Below are positions 1-15,100 of a stretch of 64,000 nt of DNA, in pieces. The translations under genes were made by a program, and so were the position numbers. The notes beneath the pieces were generated by a model. The model worked only from the letters and a program-made list of their open reading frames with translations. It was not told where the DNA came from and did not search any database. The stretch comes from Bugula neritina (Eukaryota; Animalia; Bryozoa): positions 1,550,001-1,614,000 of the forward strand of contig OZ037770.1 in assembly GCA_964035545.1 (NCBI GenBank). The letters are read 5' to 3'. The number at the start of each line of letters is the position of its first letter. The first letter of the stretch is position 1.

Positions 1-274
1 ACTTGTAGCATATCAACATCGAACAGCACCATTCCACTACTCTAAGCTTACGGTTTTGGCTGCATTAGATCAACAGGTAAGTTTAATAGTTTGTATTTCG
101 TACACTATTTCATGATGTCTGTTCAGCATTTACTTGGTAGCACACATTTATAGATTTTGCATTCTTTTAGTTTTTTGCAGTACAACTTTTCTACGCAACT
201 ATTACACTGTTGTTGCTGTTAATTGTAGTTTATTCTGCTTGACCATGCAATTATTGAATTATGTTGCAAAGGTG

Positions 275-680
275 ATTGAGTCCTTTTATTTAATTTAGTA
301 CACACTGGAAATCTGCAGTTTTTAGCCATTTTTACATTTTAGCTGCTAATGAACAATGCTTTTTGCTTAAAATTAGTGAGACATCAAGAAATACACCTAA
401 ATAATCAAGGTTCTTCTTAATTTTGCATGATTTCTCATGTTTTTTCCTATTTATTCATTTTATTTGGATTGCCTACTGTTACAAACTAACCGTGGCGATC
501 CCCAGTCAGAAGTTGCTGTAATTAGAAAAAAAGCATAGGAAATCAAAGAAAATTAAAAAGAGCCTTGATTATTTAGGTGTATTTATTGATATTTTTTTAG
601 TTTCGGGCCAAAACTCATGTTCATTAGCAAAAACTTGAGATCTTCAGTATGTACTAACTTAAATAAAATGAACCAATCCC
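275..680. mobile_element. MITE-like imperfect inverted repeat
   Basis: aatacacctaaataatcaagg (~390) / ccttgattatttaggtgtatt (~563) and ttagtacacactg / cagtatgtactaa are symmetric about ~480. Confidence 0.55.
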
Positions 681-2139
681 AGTAAATTTCTGCATTTTCT
701 AATACTTCTTAAATTTACACCTAAAATAGTGCTGTCTTAAGAAAATGACACTAGCTGCTGTTTTCATGTATGTGCCCCAATTGTATATAATGCTGTTGAT
801 TTGTTTAGTGCTTTTTCTATTTGTTTGTTATATAACTTTTCTTTTATGGTTGTTGCCAGCACCTAAAGCATTATTCATTAGTGTCAATTAATTTCTACTC
901 ACAGTTTTACTGTTACATAGTTTATAAAGCCCTTGTGTCAACTTTTCTAAATATCCTGGTTAAAATTGTTCTACTTGATGAATGGCATAGGGCATATGCA
1001 ATAGCAAAACAGTTGCAGGCTGTTTTGGAAAAAAAATTGTGCATATAACCTTTATTTTATACACGTTATTTAGGCTTTGGTAGAACTGTTGGAGAGCCTT
1101 CCTCTTGAATAAAGCTACTCAACTTCCCGGATTCTACTTTATTGACATTAACCCACTACCTACAAAACGCCTTGAAATTTAGCTAATAAATTATGTATTT
1201 TGTGATTTTTTTTAAATGTACAATGTTATGTATAAATTACAATCAGTTTATATATATATACATATCTTTTACTACTTAGTATTACAGTGTAAAAAGCATT
1301 TCAGGGTTAACAATTTAATTAATTGGCCCTAACAGTAATTATGTATAATACAGATTTGCAGATGCTTTAAATGAACCCAAAAAGCTGATGTTGTTAAACA
1401 GTGTACAAAATAGTCACCTCATATCAGCCAGACATGCTTAGTCATTACCTAGCATTAAAATCATATTATGAATGCAGTCAAGTTTTGATATACATCCCTA
1501 TTATTGATAGTTTGTGAACCAGCAATTAAATATCAAGAAGCAATATTACTAACCAATGTGCTGGTTAAAGAGTTTCAAGTTGTAGTTATAGTATCAAACT
1601 ATTATAATGGCATAAAAACTATCAGTTAAAACATCTTATTAATATTTACTACAGGAATACATATTATAGGTGTGCTAAAAATCTGGTAGAAGCATCAATT
1701 ATTTTAGATGTTTTGGATTTAGTATCTCTGTACTATAATGTAATATACAGAACATCAGGTGCTGTCTCCACAGTGCATTGATGGCACTAATGAATATTGA
1801 TACATGCAGGCAGTGTTGGTAATGATTTATTGAAATAGGAGTTTAAAAACTGTTTAAACAACAATAAAAAGCCTGAGATTAGTCCAAGGAGAGGGGTATT
1901 TCAAGCTAGCAGATGAGCAATATAGATGTGAAAGTCTTGCCTAAAAATCATTATTGTTATATCTAGTCATTAATTTCTTGCAATAGATCAATTTCACTAT
2001 TGAGAAGAACAAAATTAGCTAGTAAACACTGTAATAGAGTCAAGGCACTTTGGCAGTGCTAGTTTAAAATAAACCTGGGATAGTCGAATAGCAGAAGTAC
2101 TTTTTGATGCATAATATAATTATGTACAGCTTAAGATTT

Positions 2140-2430
2140 TGCAATACTGTGTTTTCAGTGCGATATTAATTTCAATAGCTACATTAAAATAATGTACAAT
2201 TCTAGCAAGTGATGCAAAATCTTCTAAGATGCTATGACTGTAGCAGTTTGCTACTAGTCTCAAGTAACAAACCAAATAGCCTTTCTTTGTGCCATCATTC
2301 AAATGCCAAACAAATAACTCATTCACTCTGTAACAACAAGGTGGTCTCCCAAGTAGATTGTTGGACATTTCAGGCATTAATAACCAAAAGCTTTTCACTT
2401 TGGCATAATTGTATAGTTACCCAGCTAAAT
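2140..2430 (-). pseudogene. Highly decayed non-LTR retrotransposon RT C-terminal fragment
   Basis: Minus frame ..MAQRKAIWFVT*D**QTATV resembles the LE.VQRRA.RFV..DY....SV motif of CR1/L2-type LINEs; many stops. Confidence 0.3.
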
Positions 2431-5400
2431 AAATAATGTATTCATGGTATTGTAATTCCAAGCCATGCATTTATCTGTGAATGCAGCTAAGTATTTAATA
2501 CGGCCATATATTTATGTACTATGTAGCAATGCCTAATGTAGCTGTCAAGCTTCTACTTATACTCATTTTACTGATGCTTTACTTCTGATTACATGATTAC
2601 AAACATAGCAGTTCAAACAAAATTATTTTAGATAGGAATAAATATAATGCTCCTAGCAAATGTTGTAAAACTATTTTCCAAAAACATATACTTTGCAAAC
2701 AAACTTTTCAGAAAGTTATAATGCATTTATCATATTATTGTTTCATTTAAAAGTTATAATGATAGAATATTATACTTAAAACACACTCAAATTTTTAGAT
2801 TCTTGTAATATTGTTAAACAAGAGTTAACAGTAAGATTGGCTGTAGAGTAGAATGTTTAGCTGTTTGTACTGAAGCTAACAAGTAACTGGCATTAAAAAG
2901 AGATGTAGATAAAAAGTGACAGAATAACAACTGGCTTGTATATTGGTAGTGCAAAAAGCTGTATATAACAGTTTAAACAAATACCCATTAGAATAAATGG
3001 TAACCCAGTACTTAAAATGTGGTATGTCATAATACATATTTGTGGTGTATTGACTAGGCTAGATCAACACATAGCACTATATAATTGCTTTAGTATTTAC
3101 AATTAGTTTGTGGTCTGGTGGGATTTGTTGATAGCCATTGTCTTTATTAACATAACAGTTTCATAAAATTAGCAGTTTTCCTTACTCACCTAGTTAATTT
3201 TTAAGATTTATGTACAATATTTACATATTAGGATCTAAAAAATATCTTCAACCAGTGAATATCAAAATAATGATTAAAGACATATTTTATGTCATATTTT
3301 TGTGGCAATCTAAATAATAAGCTGGTCTAAATTGTACTTGTGCAAACAGAACCAGCTCATGAATATATGTTGTCTTCTTTTAACTTGACAGTTAATCTAA
3401 TATGGATGTGTATTTTATACTTGCTTTTGTGTTTAAGGTGATAAAATTGCACTGGTAAGGTAAATAAACATTGCTTGTTTGGCATGCTTTTGCATGGCAT
3501 TGCATATTATGCTAAACTAATGGCCAGTTTTGCAGTAGCTTCACCATAACCTTCAAAAGAATGCAAATATCATCTAATTATTGTAAGCTTTTTAAGTTAA
3601 TTTGTCTAGCTATAAACACATGTAAAACTATTAGGCTATTCCAATTTCACGATATACATAGCTCTATAATTCTGAAAAACTGCTAGGTAGAGTGGAAATT
3701 AAACATGATCTATTCATTGCTAAAGTATTACAGCTAAGAATAATATATATGTGATTACCTGAGTGATATCACAATCTTCACTTGCTAAGTTAGTTTAAAT
3801 ATACAGGAAAAAAAATTAATCTGGAGAAAGATTATATATTATGAGAAGCTGTTTTTGTAATAATCTCCTGCTCTAGGGTGATTTAGAAGAATTGTTTTAA
3901 TGCAAAACTTTTGCATACATGAGTTGAATAAAATCATTGAGAGTTTTATGAAGGTCTATTTGTGTATAGGTAGCCCTAATGCATGTCACAACTCAAGTTT
4001 TTAAATTTTATGTAATTTGTGGTGCAAAGTTGCAAATAAAAACCTTATTTTAATAATACTTAGACATATGCAAGCAATAAAGATAATGAAAAAAATGCTA
4101 TAGTTGCTAATTAGCTAATATTACTTGCATATGATGCAAATATTTGTATGCATGCATGTTTAGTTTATTAGCATTGGTTAGATATAATTGAATATATAGA
4201 TTTGATGTGGAAATTGAAGAAAATCAATATGTTGTGTTCTATATACAACAACAGTTTTTAGATTGGTTTGTTAATTACTTCATAAATCATTTATTACTTC
4301 ATGCAATATTTGTTCCTGCAATTTTGCAGAGTGGCAAAATGCATTTCAAAGACATATATTAAGTGATTTTAATTATACTAGAATTTTCAAACCAAGAATT
4401 TTTGGGGAGTTTTCTTCTTCCTAAGACATATGTGGCAATTGAACACATAATAAGTTGTAGGCCACAACTCCTTTATACAACCTTGCAAGAAATTATGCAG
4501 CCATTTAAATAAAAAAGGAATTATTGAATTTATTAATTCAACATCATTAGTATTTTATAAATATTTGTTGCATTTAATTAATAAGCATAAAATTTGTTTT
4601 ACAAATACTGTAATTAACAGCATGGTAAAAATATATTATATATACTGGTATATATTTTGTATTGTATTAGATTTAGGCTACATTGCTAATTAAAATAAGT
4701 TAATGGCTAAGTTTAAATATCTTCGACTTATAGATTACATTTTAATGTGCTATAAAAATTTAACTCGTTTGTTACGACATTTCTCCATGCATAAAAGCAA
4801 AACTTACGGCAAGAAATCCTTAGCTAGAAAGATAAATAATAATTTACTTTAATTACATCAAAAGCTAATATCAGCAAGCATTCTATAAATAATGGGAATT
4901 TACCTAGTGTAATTTTTCTTAAACTAGCTAAGCTTGCTTGGTACTTTAATAAGTTTATTGGCATAGTGTATTATGTTATACTTATATATTTTTAAGACTT
5001 TAAGGAAAATGATGTTTTAGCTGCGTTATTCCTAATGCAAGCCTTATAAATTTACAATATATACTAAAATATTATATTTGTAATTAGAAAGAAAACAAAT
5101 TACTTTCATAAACTTATAATTATTGCATTCTGTTATTGTTAATGCTAGAATAACAAATTGAACACGGCATATGCTTCCCTAACCAGATGCTTTTAAACGG
5201 ATTAAAAATAATTTGTCAATTTCTAATTATGAGGAACAAACTCCTCGGTAGTTTCTACATTTGCGCATGATTTTATCAAGATAGGCTTGCTTTTGTGTCA
5301 ACCTTTAGCCAGTGCAACTATACTTTATGTAACGAGTAAAACAGACTCATTTCAAAGTACACAGTCTAAAGGGTAGGAATTACTACAAAGAAAAGTGCCG

Positions 5401-7369
5401 GTTAAAAGTTAATTATAATTGGAAATAAGGTGAAATATCAGTCAGAAATTAAAAAGTGTCAACTAAAAAGGTGTATTGTTATTTCTTTTTGGCTTAATGG
5501 AAATGTTTTTTGAGGAAGAAGTACGAGAAACATCTAGGAGGGGTTCATATCCACCACTGGCGACTACCTGTTTATTGATGAAGAACTATCCAATGATAGT
5601 ACAGTATTATGGTCTTTTGCCTTATAATTGGCTTTGATTTTTTTATGTCTAATTACGAGATACTAAACAGATGCACAGTATGTTGTGCATAGGCAGTTTT
5701 TTTATGTCTCTAAACAACATTCTAGGAAAATATATACTGGCTACAGCAGTGGAACATGGAGGGCTTAAAATTTTACTTATTATGCAACAACTTTTTCAGA
5801 AATTTCTTTTGAAAAACTAAAAAAGTATATAAAAGAGGAGTGCAAGAGCTAACTTTTCATGTATAATTTGTTAATGTGAGACAAAAACTGTTTGAGCTAT
5901 CCCCTGGAAACCGTTCATATATAACATAAAGCAGTGCCTGAATCTCGAAAGTAGTAACCTTTAACTAACTGTGTTGCCTCACAAAAAAGATAATTGTTTT
6001 CCTATATAAACTCTAAAGAGTTGAGTCAAACGAGTGTGGTGGTCAGGTTTTAAAGTTCATTATAATTCACAGCGCGCAGATTTACCTAATGAAAAACAAC
6101 AACATGTTAGCCAATAATAGAGCTAAAAATAGGAAGTCTTATATATTATTCCAGCAGCATTTGTATAACCTAAAGCATTTCATTTTAGTACATTATTTTG
6201 AAAAGGTCTTTTATAGAAAGGAATGAATTGGTGCATGGCTACTAGTCCCATGTGGGAAAGTCATATGCACACTTTATGTATTTAAAGCAAATTCCTGTTA
6301 TAAGCTCATGTTGCCTGAGGCTAACTTTCATCAATCTAACGTTTATGCTGTAACTGGGTGGATGATTGCTTAGGAAATGGGATGATCAGGATTGTTTATG
6401 GCTTTGTTCGTGCAAACACTTCGATGCACCATTAGCTTGCCAGCTATATTATTCTTCAAAGTAGGTAATTAATTTTGGTGATTCTAAGTTCATTTGGGTG
6501 CCGCAATGTTAATTTTGTTTTTAGGTATGTGTTGAAATACTTTATATGCACTTTCATAAATTCTCGTTCTACATACCTTCTTTTGTTGCTGCTTGCATAT
6601 TTCCAAATAAGCGTAACTTTTAAACGGAATTACATTTTACCACATTATCCAATCTAAAGATCTCCAAATAAAATGATTCTTAAAAAGCCCCATAATAAAC
6701 TTAGAACAGCAGTTGCATGAGGCAATACCTAAGCACCCTGCATTAGCACCTGTTTCTAATTAAAGTGTGTCGCTATTTGAATCAAATTAGTGTCTGGAAA
6801 AAGTATTTACAGCTGTAATTAACATAACTCATCATATGGTGGGAAAAATGTTCAATCTTTAATTGCAATCACTATATCTGTAAATGCAAGTGTATCCTGC
6901 CTTAGAAATGTATGCTGTAAATAACTCAAAGCCCTGTCATTGATATTCCAGACTTGACTAACGAAGACTCATCAAACTGTGCTTAAATACATTTGCTTTT
7001 CATGCATTCAGCTGATTATAGCTACCAAAGTGCTTGTGAGCAAAACTGTTGTGGCCTATGTGCTGTGTACAACATATTATATAGCACTTTTGTTCATACA
7101 TTTCTTATTTAAGTTACATCTTCTGTTTATGAACTCTCATTTAGTCTTCTAACTGTTAAGTAGTTTTTAGGTACAGTTTTCTCTAACTTGTCATAAGTCA
7201 CAAAGCCATGCTTTACGTGTATTACCAAAATTTTGTTTCACAAACCCATTGTTTACAAAATGTAATTGTTTGAAAGAGATGCAAACTTTCTTGTGTGCAA
7301 AAATATCACACTGGTAGTACTATGCAAAAACAACTATATATGGTTAGACATTTGAAACATGAACTTAGA

Positions 7370-7720
7370 TAAAAATGGCACAGGTAAAAATAGTGCAGCT
7401 TAAATATTGGGGTTTGCGGTGAGGATTAGAAATTTAGAATGGGGTTTAGGTTGAGGGGTTTAAGGGCTGGTGGCTTGAGTTTGGGCTTTGAGTTAAATTA
7501 ATGTTAATTTTTCCAAACCACCATCTAAAACCTCAACCTCAAACTATTTGGAGGTGGTTTGGGGTTTAAAGAAATGCATTGCAATAATTTAATTTATATA
7601 GACCTCAACCCCAAACCCAAATCTCTACTCCCAAACCCCATCCTAAATCTCCAATCTCTCACCTCAAACCCAAAAATTTAAAATGTGCCATTTTACCTAC
7701 TGTTCCATTTGTGCCATTAT
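7370..7720. mobile_element. MITE-like imperfect inverted repeat with G-rich and C-rich arms
   Basis: aaaatggcac..ggggtttg..atggggttt on the left mirrors aaaccccatc..caaaccc..gtgccatttt on the right. Confidence 0.5.
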
Positions 7721-8005
7721 TACTGACGTGCTATGATCACTAATATGATAAGCAGTGCATAAAGTGCATTCATTTTAGATTGAATGAATTTATTTTGAAA
7801 TAAAGAGTTTATTGGGGACACACGCACACACACACACATATATATGTATGTATATAATATGTATATGTATACATACACACACATATATATATATATATAT
7901 ATAGTAAAATGAGGGTTTATAAAACGTTACTAGAGTGCTCTATAGAAATAAATCTAGAGCGTAAACATTAGAAGAAATAAAATGAGATTTGATTAATATA
8001 ATGGC

Positions 8006-8058
8006 ATTTATTACTAGTAGTTTCGTACACAAGAACGATGTGCACTCGTCAGATAAAT
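8006..8058 (-). ncRNA. Minimal type I hammerhead ribozyme (inverted copy)
   Basis: Reverse complement of 8769-8821, located 3' of the GIY-YIG ORF in the element's sense orientation. Confidence 0.8.
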
Positions 8059-8164
8059 TAGCCACTATGAATGCTTACAACTATAAATAATGTAATATGC
8101 AAATGTACACAGATTAAAGCTAGAAGATCAAAATATAACAAAAAGTAGCATTGTAATTAATTGG

Positions 8165-8660
8165 CTATGTTACAGCATTCTTGAGTAGAAATTTACTACT
8201 ATGTCTGCATATGGATAAAAAGTCATAGCGCTTATTGAGGGAAGACAACTGTGGCTTATAAAGAATGAAAAATTTTTCCCATGAGCATAGCTGACAGATT
8301 TTAGTGTTGTTGTTGTATGGTTGAGTTTTTCTGAGAATTTTCCAGGATATGGTAAAATCCAGACCTTTGTCTTTTAAGGTCCAGATGTGTTTACTCAACT
8401 CAGTTTGCATGCGCTTGGTTGGGTGTCTGAAAGAAGCAAGGTGGTTGTAGTATCTTGCCTTGAATGCAGTGGAGGAAATTCCTATATATGTTTCAGCAGT
8501 ATCTTTTGATGGGACGGATACTTTGGCCTGGTACACAATGTTTGAGGTGGTGCATTCTCCTGGGAGCGGGCATGTCTTTACATTTCTACAGTTACAGCCT
8601 GCCTGTGATATAGTGGTAGTGTTGCATTTAGTAACACTTCTGTTGTGAGCAGTGATGGTC
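8165..8660 (-). pseudogene. GIY-YIG endonuclease fragment of the Penelope-like element
   Basis: CNCRNVKTCPLPGECTTSNIVYQAKV..TYIGIS..FKARYYNH..TELSKHIW..WKIL..CQLCSWEK..LNKR..CRH; no RT upstream. Confidence 0.85.
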
Positions 8661-8768
8661 TGCTCTAAATTTTTGTTATTTGTTTTTGTTATATTTTGAT
8701 CTTCTAGCTTTAATCTGTGTACATTTGCATATTACATTATTTATAGTTGTAAGCATTCATAGTGGCTA

Positions 8769-8821
8769 ATTTATCTGACGAGTGCACATCGTTCTTGTGT
8801 ACGAAACTACTAGTAATAAAT
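8769..8821 (+). ncRNA. Minimal type I hammerhead ribozyme
   Basis: atttat-CTGACGA-gtgcac..gtgtac-GAAAC-tacta-GTA-ataaat: stem I atttat/ataaat, stem II, minimal stem III, GUA cleavage triplet. Confidence 0.8.
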
Positions 8822-8853
8822 GCCATTATATTAATCAAATCTCATTTTATTTC

Positions 8854-9142
<289 letters not shown>

Positions 9143-12100
9143 CACAGCTATAGTAATTCCTAAAGGAAGCAAAATAAAGCATATTTATAATGCGCACTAT
9201 AAATTTATTATAGATAAATTGTGACTTATATAACATAAACCACATCCATAAATACAAAGTATTTGTTTTGGTTTCAAATACAATAACCATATGGTTACAA
9301 TTCTACAATTTTATACAAAATTGGAGTTATATATTATAGTCTATATATCAGACCCTTTGTACGTTGAAACTCTTAGTAGTCCCGCTTCATCATATATTCG
9401 GTCTGCAAAAAAAAACACAATTTTGTTTGCACATACAATACTCTATTATACTAAAACAATATGATTGTTATGCTGAAGCAAAAGTACATGTCATATTCAT
9501 AACAAAATATATTGCAATAGCTATAAAAATTACCACATATTATATTAAACATCAATTGATTGTTAACATCAAGTGAAAATATTTTATTTTTATTTTTAAG
9601 AGATCTTTTCCTGTTTTCTAAATTTTAAATAGTGTTTTTATAATTTGAAGTAATTAAATAAAACATATAGTCCATTGTTTAGCTCAGCATTGAAAATTAC
9701 TGTTTTATAGAGATTTTCATGTCATGCGAATAGCACAAAAAGGAAATAGCAATAAAGAGCTCAAACCTATACACCACTTAAAAAACAATAATGTATAATC
9801 ACTATACTAAGTGTTAAATTTGAAAAAACACCCCTGAATGTAGTTAGAACTTTTCAAATTAGCTTATGTTTAATAATTGCTTTGTATTAATAATTAAATT
9901 AATTCATTAATAAGTAATTATAAGTAATTGGAGCAAAAGTGCGTTGTGTGACGTACTTTTGCTTTTAATTACTTTAGAATGACATTTCCCAGCTATAGAA
10001 TCATTTGCATATAGATAAATTATTACAACTGGAAAACAAGTTTGTCACTACTTATGACTTGCAGTTTCTATAAAAATAGCATACTTTTGCTTTTAATTAC
10101 CTACTTTGAGTTCATCTAAGTACTTAAAATACAGCACAAAAACATAACTAAATGACCAATGTTAGTTCAGTTATAATGAAACTATTTTGTTTAATGACTT
10201 AAATAAATATTTGAAAAACGAAATTAATAAAGTTATCTTATAGCATGTTTAAAGTCTCAAATGAGAATTTTAAGCTAGTTTGATTTTAATTTTGCTCAAA
10301 TTAATTTTAATGACAAAACATTTAGACTTGAGCAACTTAGTATATTATGTTATTATAAATAGCAGTAGCAAATAACGATTGTTTTATTTTCTTACCTGCT
10401 CTGGTTTTGCAAATAGATGTGATTACAAGAGTCAGAAGTAAAGGATACAATAGTGACAGGTGCTTCATTGTGGTAGCAGGTGCTTGACAGATAAATTGCT
10501 AGAGAGAGCTTGCTAATTCCTCAAGTTGAAAATAATTAAATAAAACTCTTTATATTATTGTGCTTTTATAATATTATAATTATGGAATGTCAGCCAATCA
10601 GCTTACATGTTCAGTATATTACTCACAATATAACTGACGCAGCCGAATGTGTTATAATAATTTTATTTAAATATTCACAATATATGTTAAGTGACTTAGC
10701 ATTTTACTTTTAAACAACAAAATGAAGTATGGATATAAAAGGCTCCTTATAACACAGCGAAAAGACAATTGTTCAAATGAAATGAGTTATATATAAGCCC
10801 TGGCTTATTGCATATAGCAAGAAATTATTAACTTTGTTGTTGAATCTTTTTGAAATACAGAACGCCAGACTTGTACCATTGCAATGTCAAAACTGCCAAA
10901 GTAGAGATTGCATAAGTTATAATTTTATTGTAAAAATATTTTTTCCTTCCTATTCTTGTTTAGTCAGTTTAATTTAATTTTTTTATAGATAAACATTTCT
11001 AAGCTTTTTTAAGTTATAAATATTTTTGTTAATTTTAGTACAGAAAATATAACTTCTTGTAATGATTTTTAGGTATAGAATAAAAAAACTAAAAACTGTG
11101 TATAGGTAGTTTTTTCTTTATATTCATAAATAGTTACACATTTAATAACTCAACTTTTTTGTAATAAATACCAATGTTTTATTTATATAGTAGCCATAAC
11201 TTAAGCTAAATATATGCTTTCAAGAGTTGCCTATATATTTTAGCTGCTATATTGCTAAAATTTTCTTCAAAAGATATTTTAATCATCAACAATCCCTGCA
11301 ACTATTCTTACGCTTATCATGTGTTTAAGAAAATTACCACCTTTTTGAACCATTTAATGATGGGTCCTAATTTGCTATAGTTTGCATTAAATAGAGTATA
11401 TGACTGACCCAATTCTGTCTATTATTTAAAACAATATGTGTTTCGTAATTATTTCACTCAAGTGTCCAGCAATGCAATGTATTTATTTTAAAAATCAGTT
11501 GACAAAAAATTATGCAAAGACATAAATTTTGCTTTGATTTGCAATATAATACTGATAAATTGACTAACATAAAATGACTTATTTAATAATTGAACATTTC
11601 CCAGTATCATTGTAACAAATGCAGTTGAATAAAAAGACATTGAGCTATCAACAGCATTAGAGAAATTGATGTAAAGTCAAAGAATGACACATCATCAGAC
11701 TGAAAAACAATTTGTGTTCAAATCTGGAAGCATTAAAGATTGATATTTCAAAAACTATTATAGTAAAAACTTACAAAAAGGAACTATACGAAGCTTTGTT
11801 TAAATATTTTCTGTAATAACTATATCTGGTGTTTATAAAAAGCTGTTTTTGAACATTTTGATTTATAAATTAAAAAGTAACAGTGTTTGATTAACACATG
11901 GTATAACTATGGAAACTGTGAATTTAAAGTATTTTTTCTTTATATTCTTTTATGCTAAAATAAATATGCTGCTATATAATATTTATGAGTATTATTTCAT
12001 ATCCTGTATATATGGCTAATATATAGTATATAGTCACATATATATGTTATCCCTGGGGAAATAGATATCTATATATGTTTCTGCATATATCTGTGTATAT

Positions 12101-12152
12101 GTATGTTAGTGTGTAATAATATACTAGGCAATGAAAATCCTCACTTAATTAT

Positions 12153-15100
12153 TTAATCTATCTGATAAAACAGCACTTCTCCACAAAACCTGGGTACAAT
12201 CAGAGTATTTCCTGTCACATGGAGATCATACACATTAGAATCCCTTCTTACAGTCGAATCTGATATCTCTGTCAGCAGTTTACCTAAAACAGTATAAGTC
12301 AATATACACACTGTTTCTAACAAAACACTAAATCACCAAGATCTTCTAACTTTGTGATTTTTTATTAACTTTACTTTTTACAATAGCAAATATGGCAAGC
12401 AGACAATAACCACTTGGTGTGTGTGAATTAATATGCCATAAAATTAACCTGTGTTTCCATCCAGTATCCAGATTTTGGTGGTAGCACTCTCAATAGCTAC
12501 ATACACTCTCCCTTTGCAGAATGCTACATCCCGTGGTCCAGTCATATGTTCAGATGTCCATTCAACTTCTCCACTTGAGATATTCACTTTGAATACTTTA
12601 GAAGATTCATAATCAGACACAACAACAGAGATATCATCTACAGCACATACTGATACTTCACCGGTACTGAGTAGAGGGCAGCTTATGTGTTTTTGTACCT
12701 CCCCAGTAAGAGAGTAGACTACTAGTCGCTTGTTCTTTCTATCTGGTATAATGATTTGATCATTAACAATAGTCAGTTTGTTGAAGCCGCTGCTTTGAGC
12801 ATCAGAATGGGTCCAGCTGGTGAGGAGTTTCCCTGTCAGATCATATATTCTGACTCTGTAAGGGTTACCATATACTAAAGTATACAGTCTGTCCTTGTAT
12901 ACAGCTACACTCTCTACCCAGGCAGTAGCTTTTATAAACTCCCTGTTAGACTGATTATTCCCCTCTAATACATCTACTCCACTAAAATGTCCTACATAAG
13001 TATTACCCTGATAACTACAGACTGAAGTAGAGCAGCCAGATACAGGAACTGTATGTAAGAGATTTAATTGTTCAGGTAGAGTATCAGTAGTAGTCAGCTC
13101 ATGTTCACTGTGCACAACACTCTCTGGGAAGGTGACAATTTCTAATTCAATCTCTCTTCTTTCTCCTGTGGGTAAAATAAGAAGCAAATTATTGCAGCCT
13201 CATACAATTTACAATTACAGTTATATTAATAGTTGTGTTTAACTGTTGATACAGTATAGAATCTGCAAAATTCTCTACAAAAGGAAAAGGGAATTTCTAA
13301 CAGCTATATTCACAGTACATCACGTTATATGCCTGAACTATAGTGCTGTGTTTGTTTTTTCTTTAATATAATACATTGGACTATATAAAAGGGCGTTTTG
13401 GAGCGTACATAAAAACATACAACAACATCTAAGAATATAGTGAAACAAATTATAGGAACCTAATTGACTTCACACAATCCAATTTTGCATCAAAATATCT
13501 TGCTGTCGGTCTAGTGCGTATATGTGCATTTATAGCCGTGAGCTGAAGTAATCAGTCTCAGATTGGCTATGTATAATATTCACATTCCCAGATGAAATTT
13601 AGCTGACTCTAAATCACAGTAAACTATGAAGCATTATATACATAACACGTGAGTTAGTATAATTGTGTACATGTATTAGTAACTATAATTGCATAAGTTT
13701 TGAAATGTTGCAAGTGAGAGATTGAAGATCCTGCATGTGGGTGGCTACTAATACAAGGCTATGTTTTTCAAACAAACAAAACAAGTAAGGTAGGTAACTG
13801 AAATATTTGAAAAGGGTTTACAATATGAAAAGCTTGTTTAATTTTCTCTATAGTAATATTATAAAGTTCTTTTGATATTTTCCTTTATATCAGATAAAAA
13901 AGTACCATTTGTTATGACGATTTAGTTCAAATTGTTTCATTTATGTTTAGTTATCTAAGAACATAACTACCTATGTGAATGTTAATGGAGGTGAAGAAAA
14001 ATAAACAACCTTAAACTAATATATATGCTACTATGTAAACTTCCATAAAAATATTTGAATTTTTTTAAAGACTGAAAGGTGTCCAGCTCACTTTCAGTCA
14101 ACTTTTATAAGAGATTACTGACCTTTGACCTGTAAACCAGACTTTGATATCTCCAGAGTAGGAAACTCAAGAGCTAACAACTTTCTGATATCCTGCATTG
14201 TCTCCTCATGTCTTGTTACAATATCCACCTGCATAATAGATTCATACTGACACCAGATATCTGTATTAGTATATGCAGCATATTTACATTTCTTATTTCA
14301 TTATTCTCGGCATCATGTGCTAAATGTATACGATTGAATTAAAAATATATCTTTTATCTCGATTATATTCAAAAACATAAATACAGTATCTTTAGGCTTC
14401 ATACCTGGTGATTGTGTTTGTGTCTAGCCTCAATCTGTAGTCTTTGTCTATTCAGATCAGATAATTTAACTCCAACATTTTGTTCTGTGAACCTTTCCAG
14501 TTCCAACTTTCCATTTTCTCTCAGCTTCAGCATTTCTTCTTCCAGTTTTTTGTATTTTAACTCAATACCCCGGATCTAACAAAAGGATACAAATGTTCGG
14601 CTAAATAGTATGAGGTAAAGAAAATAACAACTACAAATACAGCTTTAAACTAAGCTAATTTTCTAATCACTAGAAAGTTTAAAATCAAAATCAAAATACC
14701 TAGAATCTATCACTAAAATGAATGCACAATATAAATATTTAAATGAGCATTTCAGTGCATGAAAGAATTGTTCAAAAATATTCAAGTTTTTGCCAAACTC
14801 CTGGTTTATCTCTAAAAAATTTTTTTTGTTTTTTGATATACTTGTCTTTTATAATCTGAAATCTTGACAAATTAATAGAGTGTACAATTACATATATACC
14901 TGTTCATCTCGGGTTTTATGGAGTGTCTCTATCATATCTCTAGTCTCACTATCATAGTCACATAATACTCTAGTCATGTGTTTTATCAACTCTTGAAACT
15001 GATCTTCTTTCTTCAGGACTTCTGATCTCATCTCATTCATTTCTCCAGACAGTTTAGCCACCAGCCCATTTATTGTCATCAGTTGGTGTGGAGAACCTGT

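Noticed and set aside
1-76. Possible exon end LVAYQHRTAPFHYSKLTVLAALDQQ followed by GTAAGT
   Set aside because: Good donor site but only 25 codons at the window edge, with no downstream exon found; resemblance to a transposase LAALD motif is too weak to call.
6310-6720. Possible decayed LINE RT tail on the minus strand
   Set aside because: Only vague motif resemblance with many stops; not supportable without a search.
12444-13187. Stand-alone 247-250-aa propeller genes as shown in the ORF track (also 40808-41560, 57211-57963)
   Set aside because: They start at a TTG inside the acceptor region and are exon 7 of the spliced TRIM genes.
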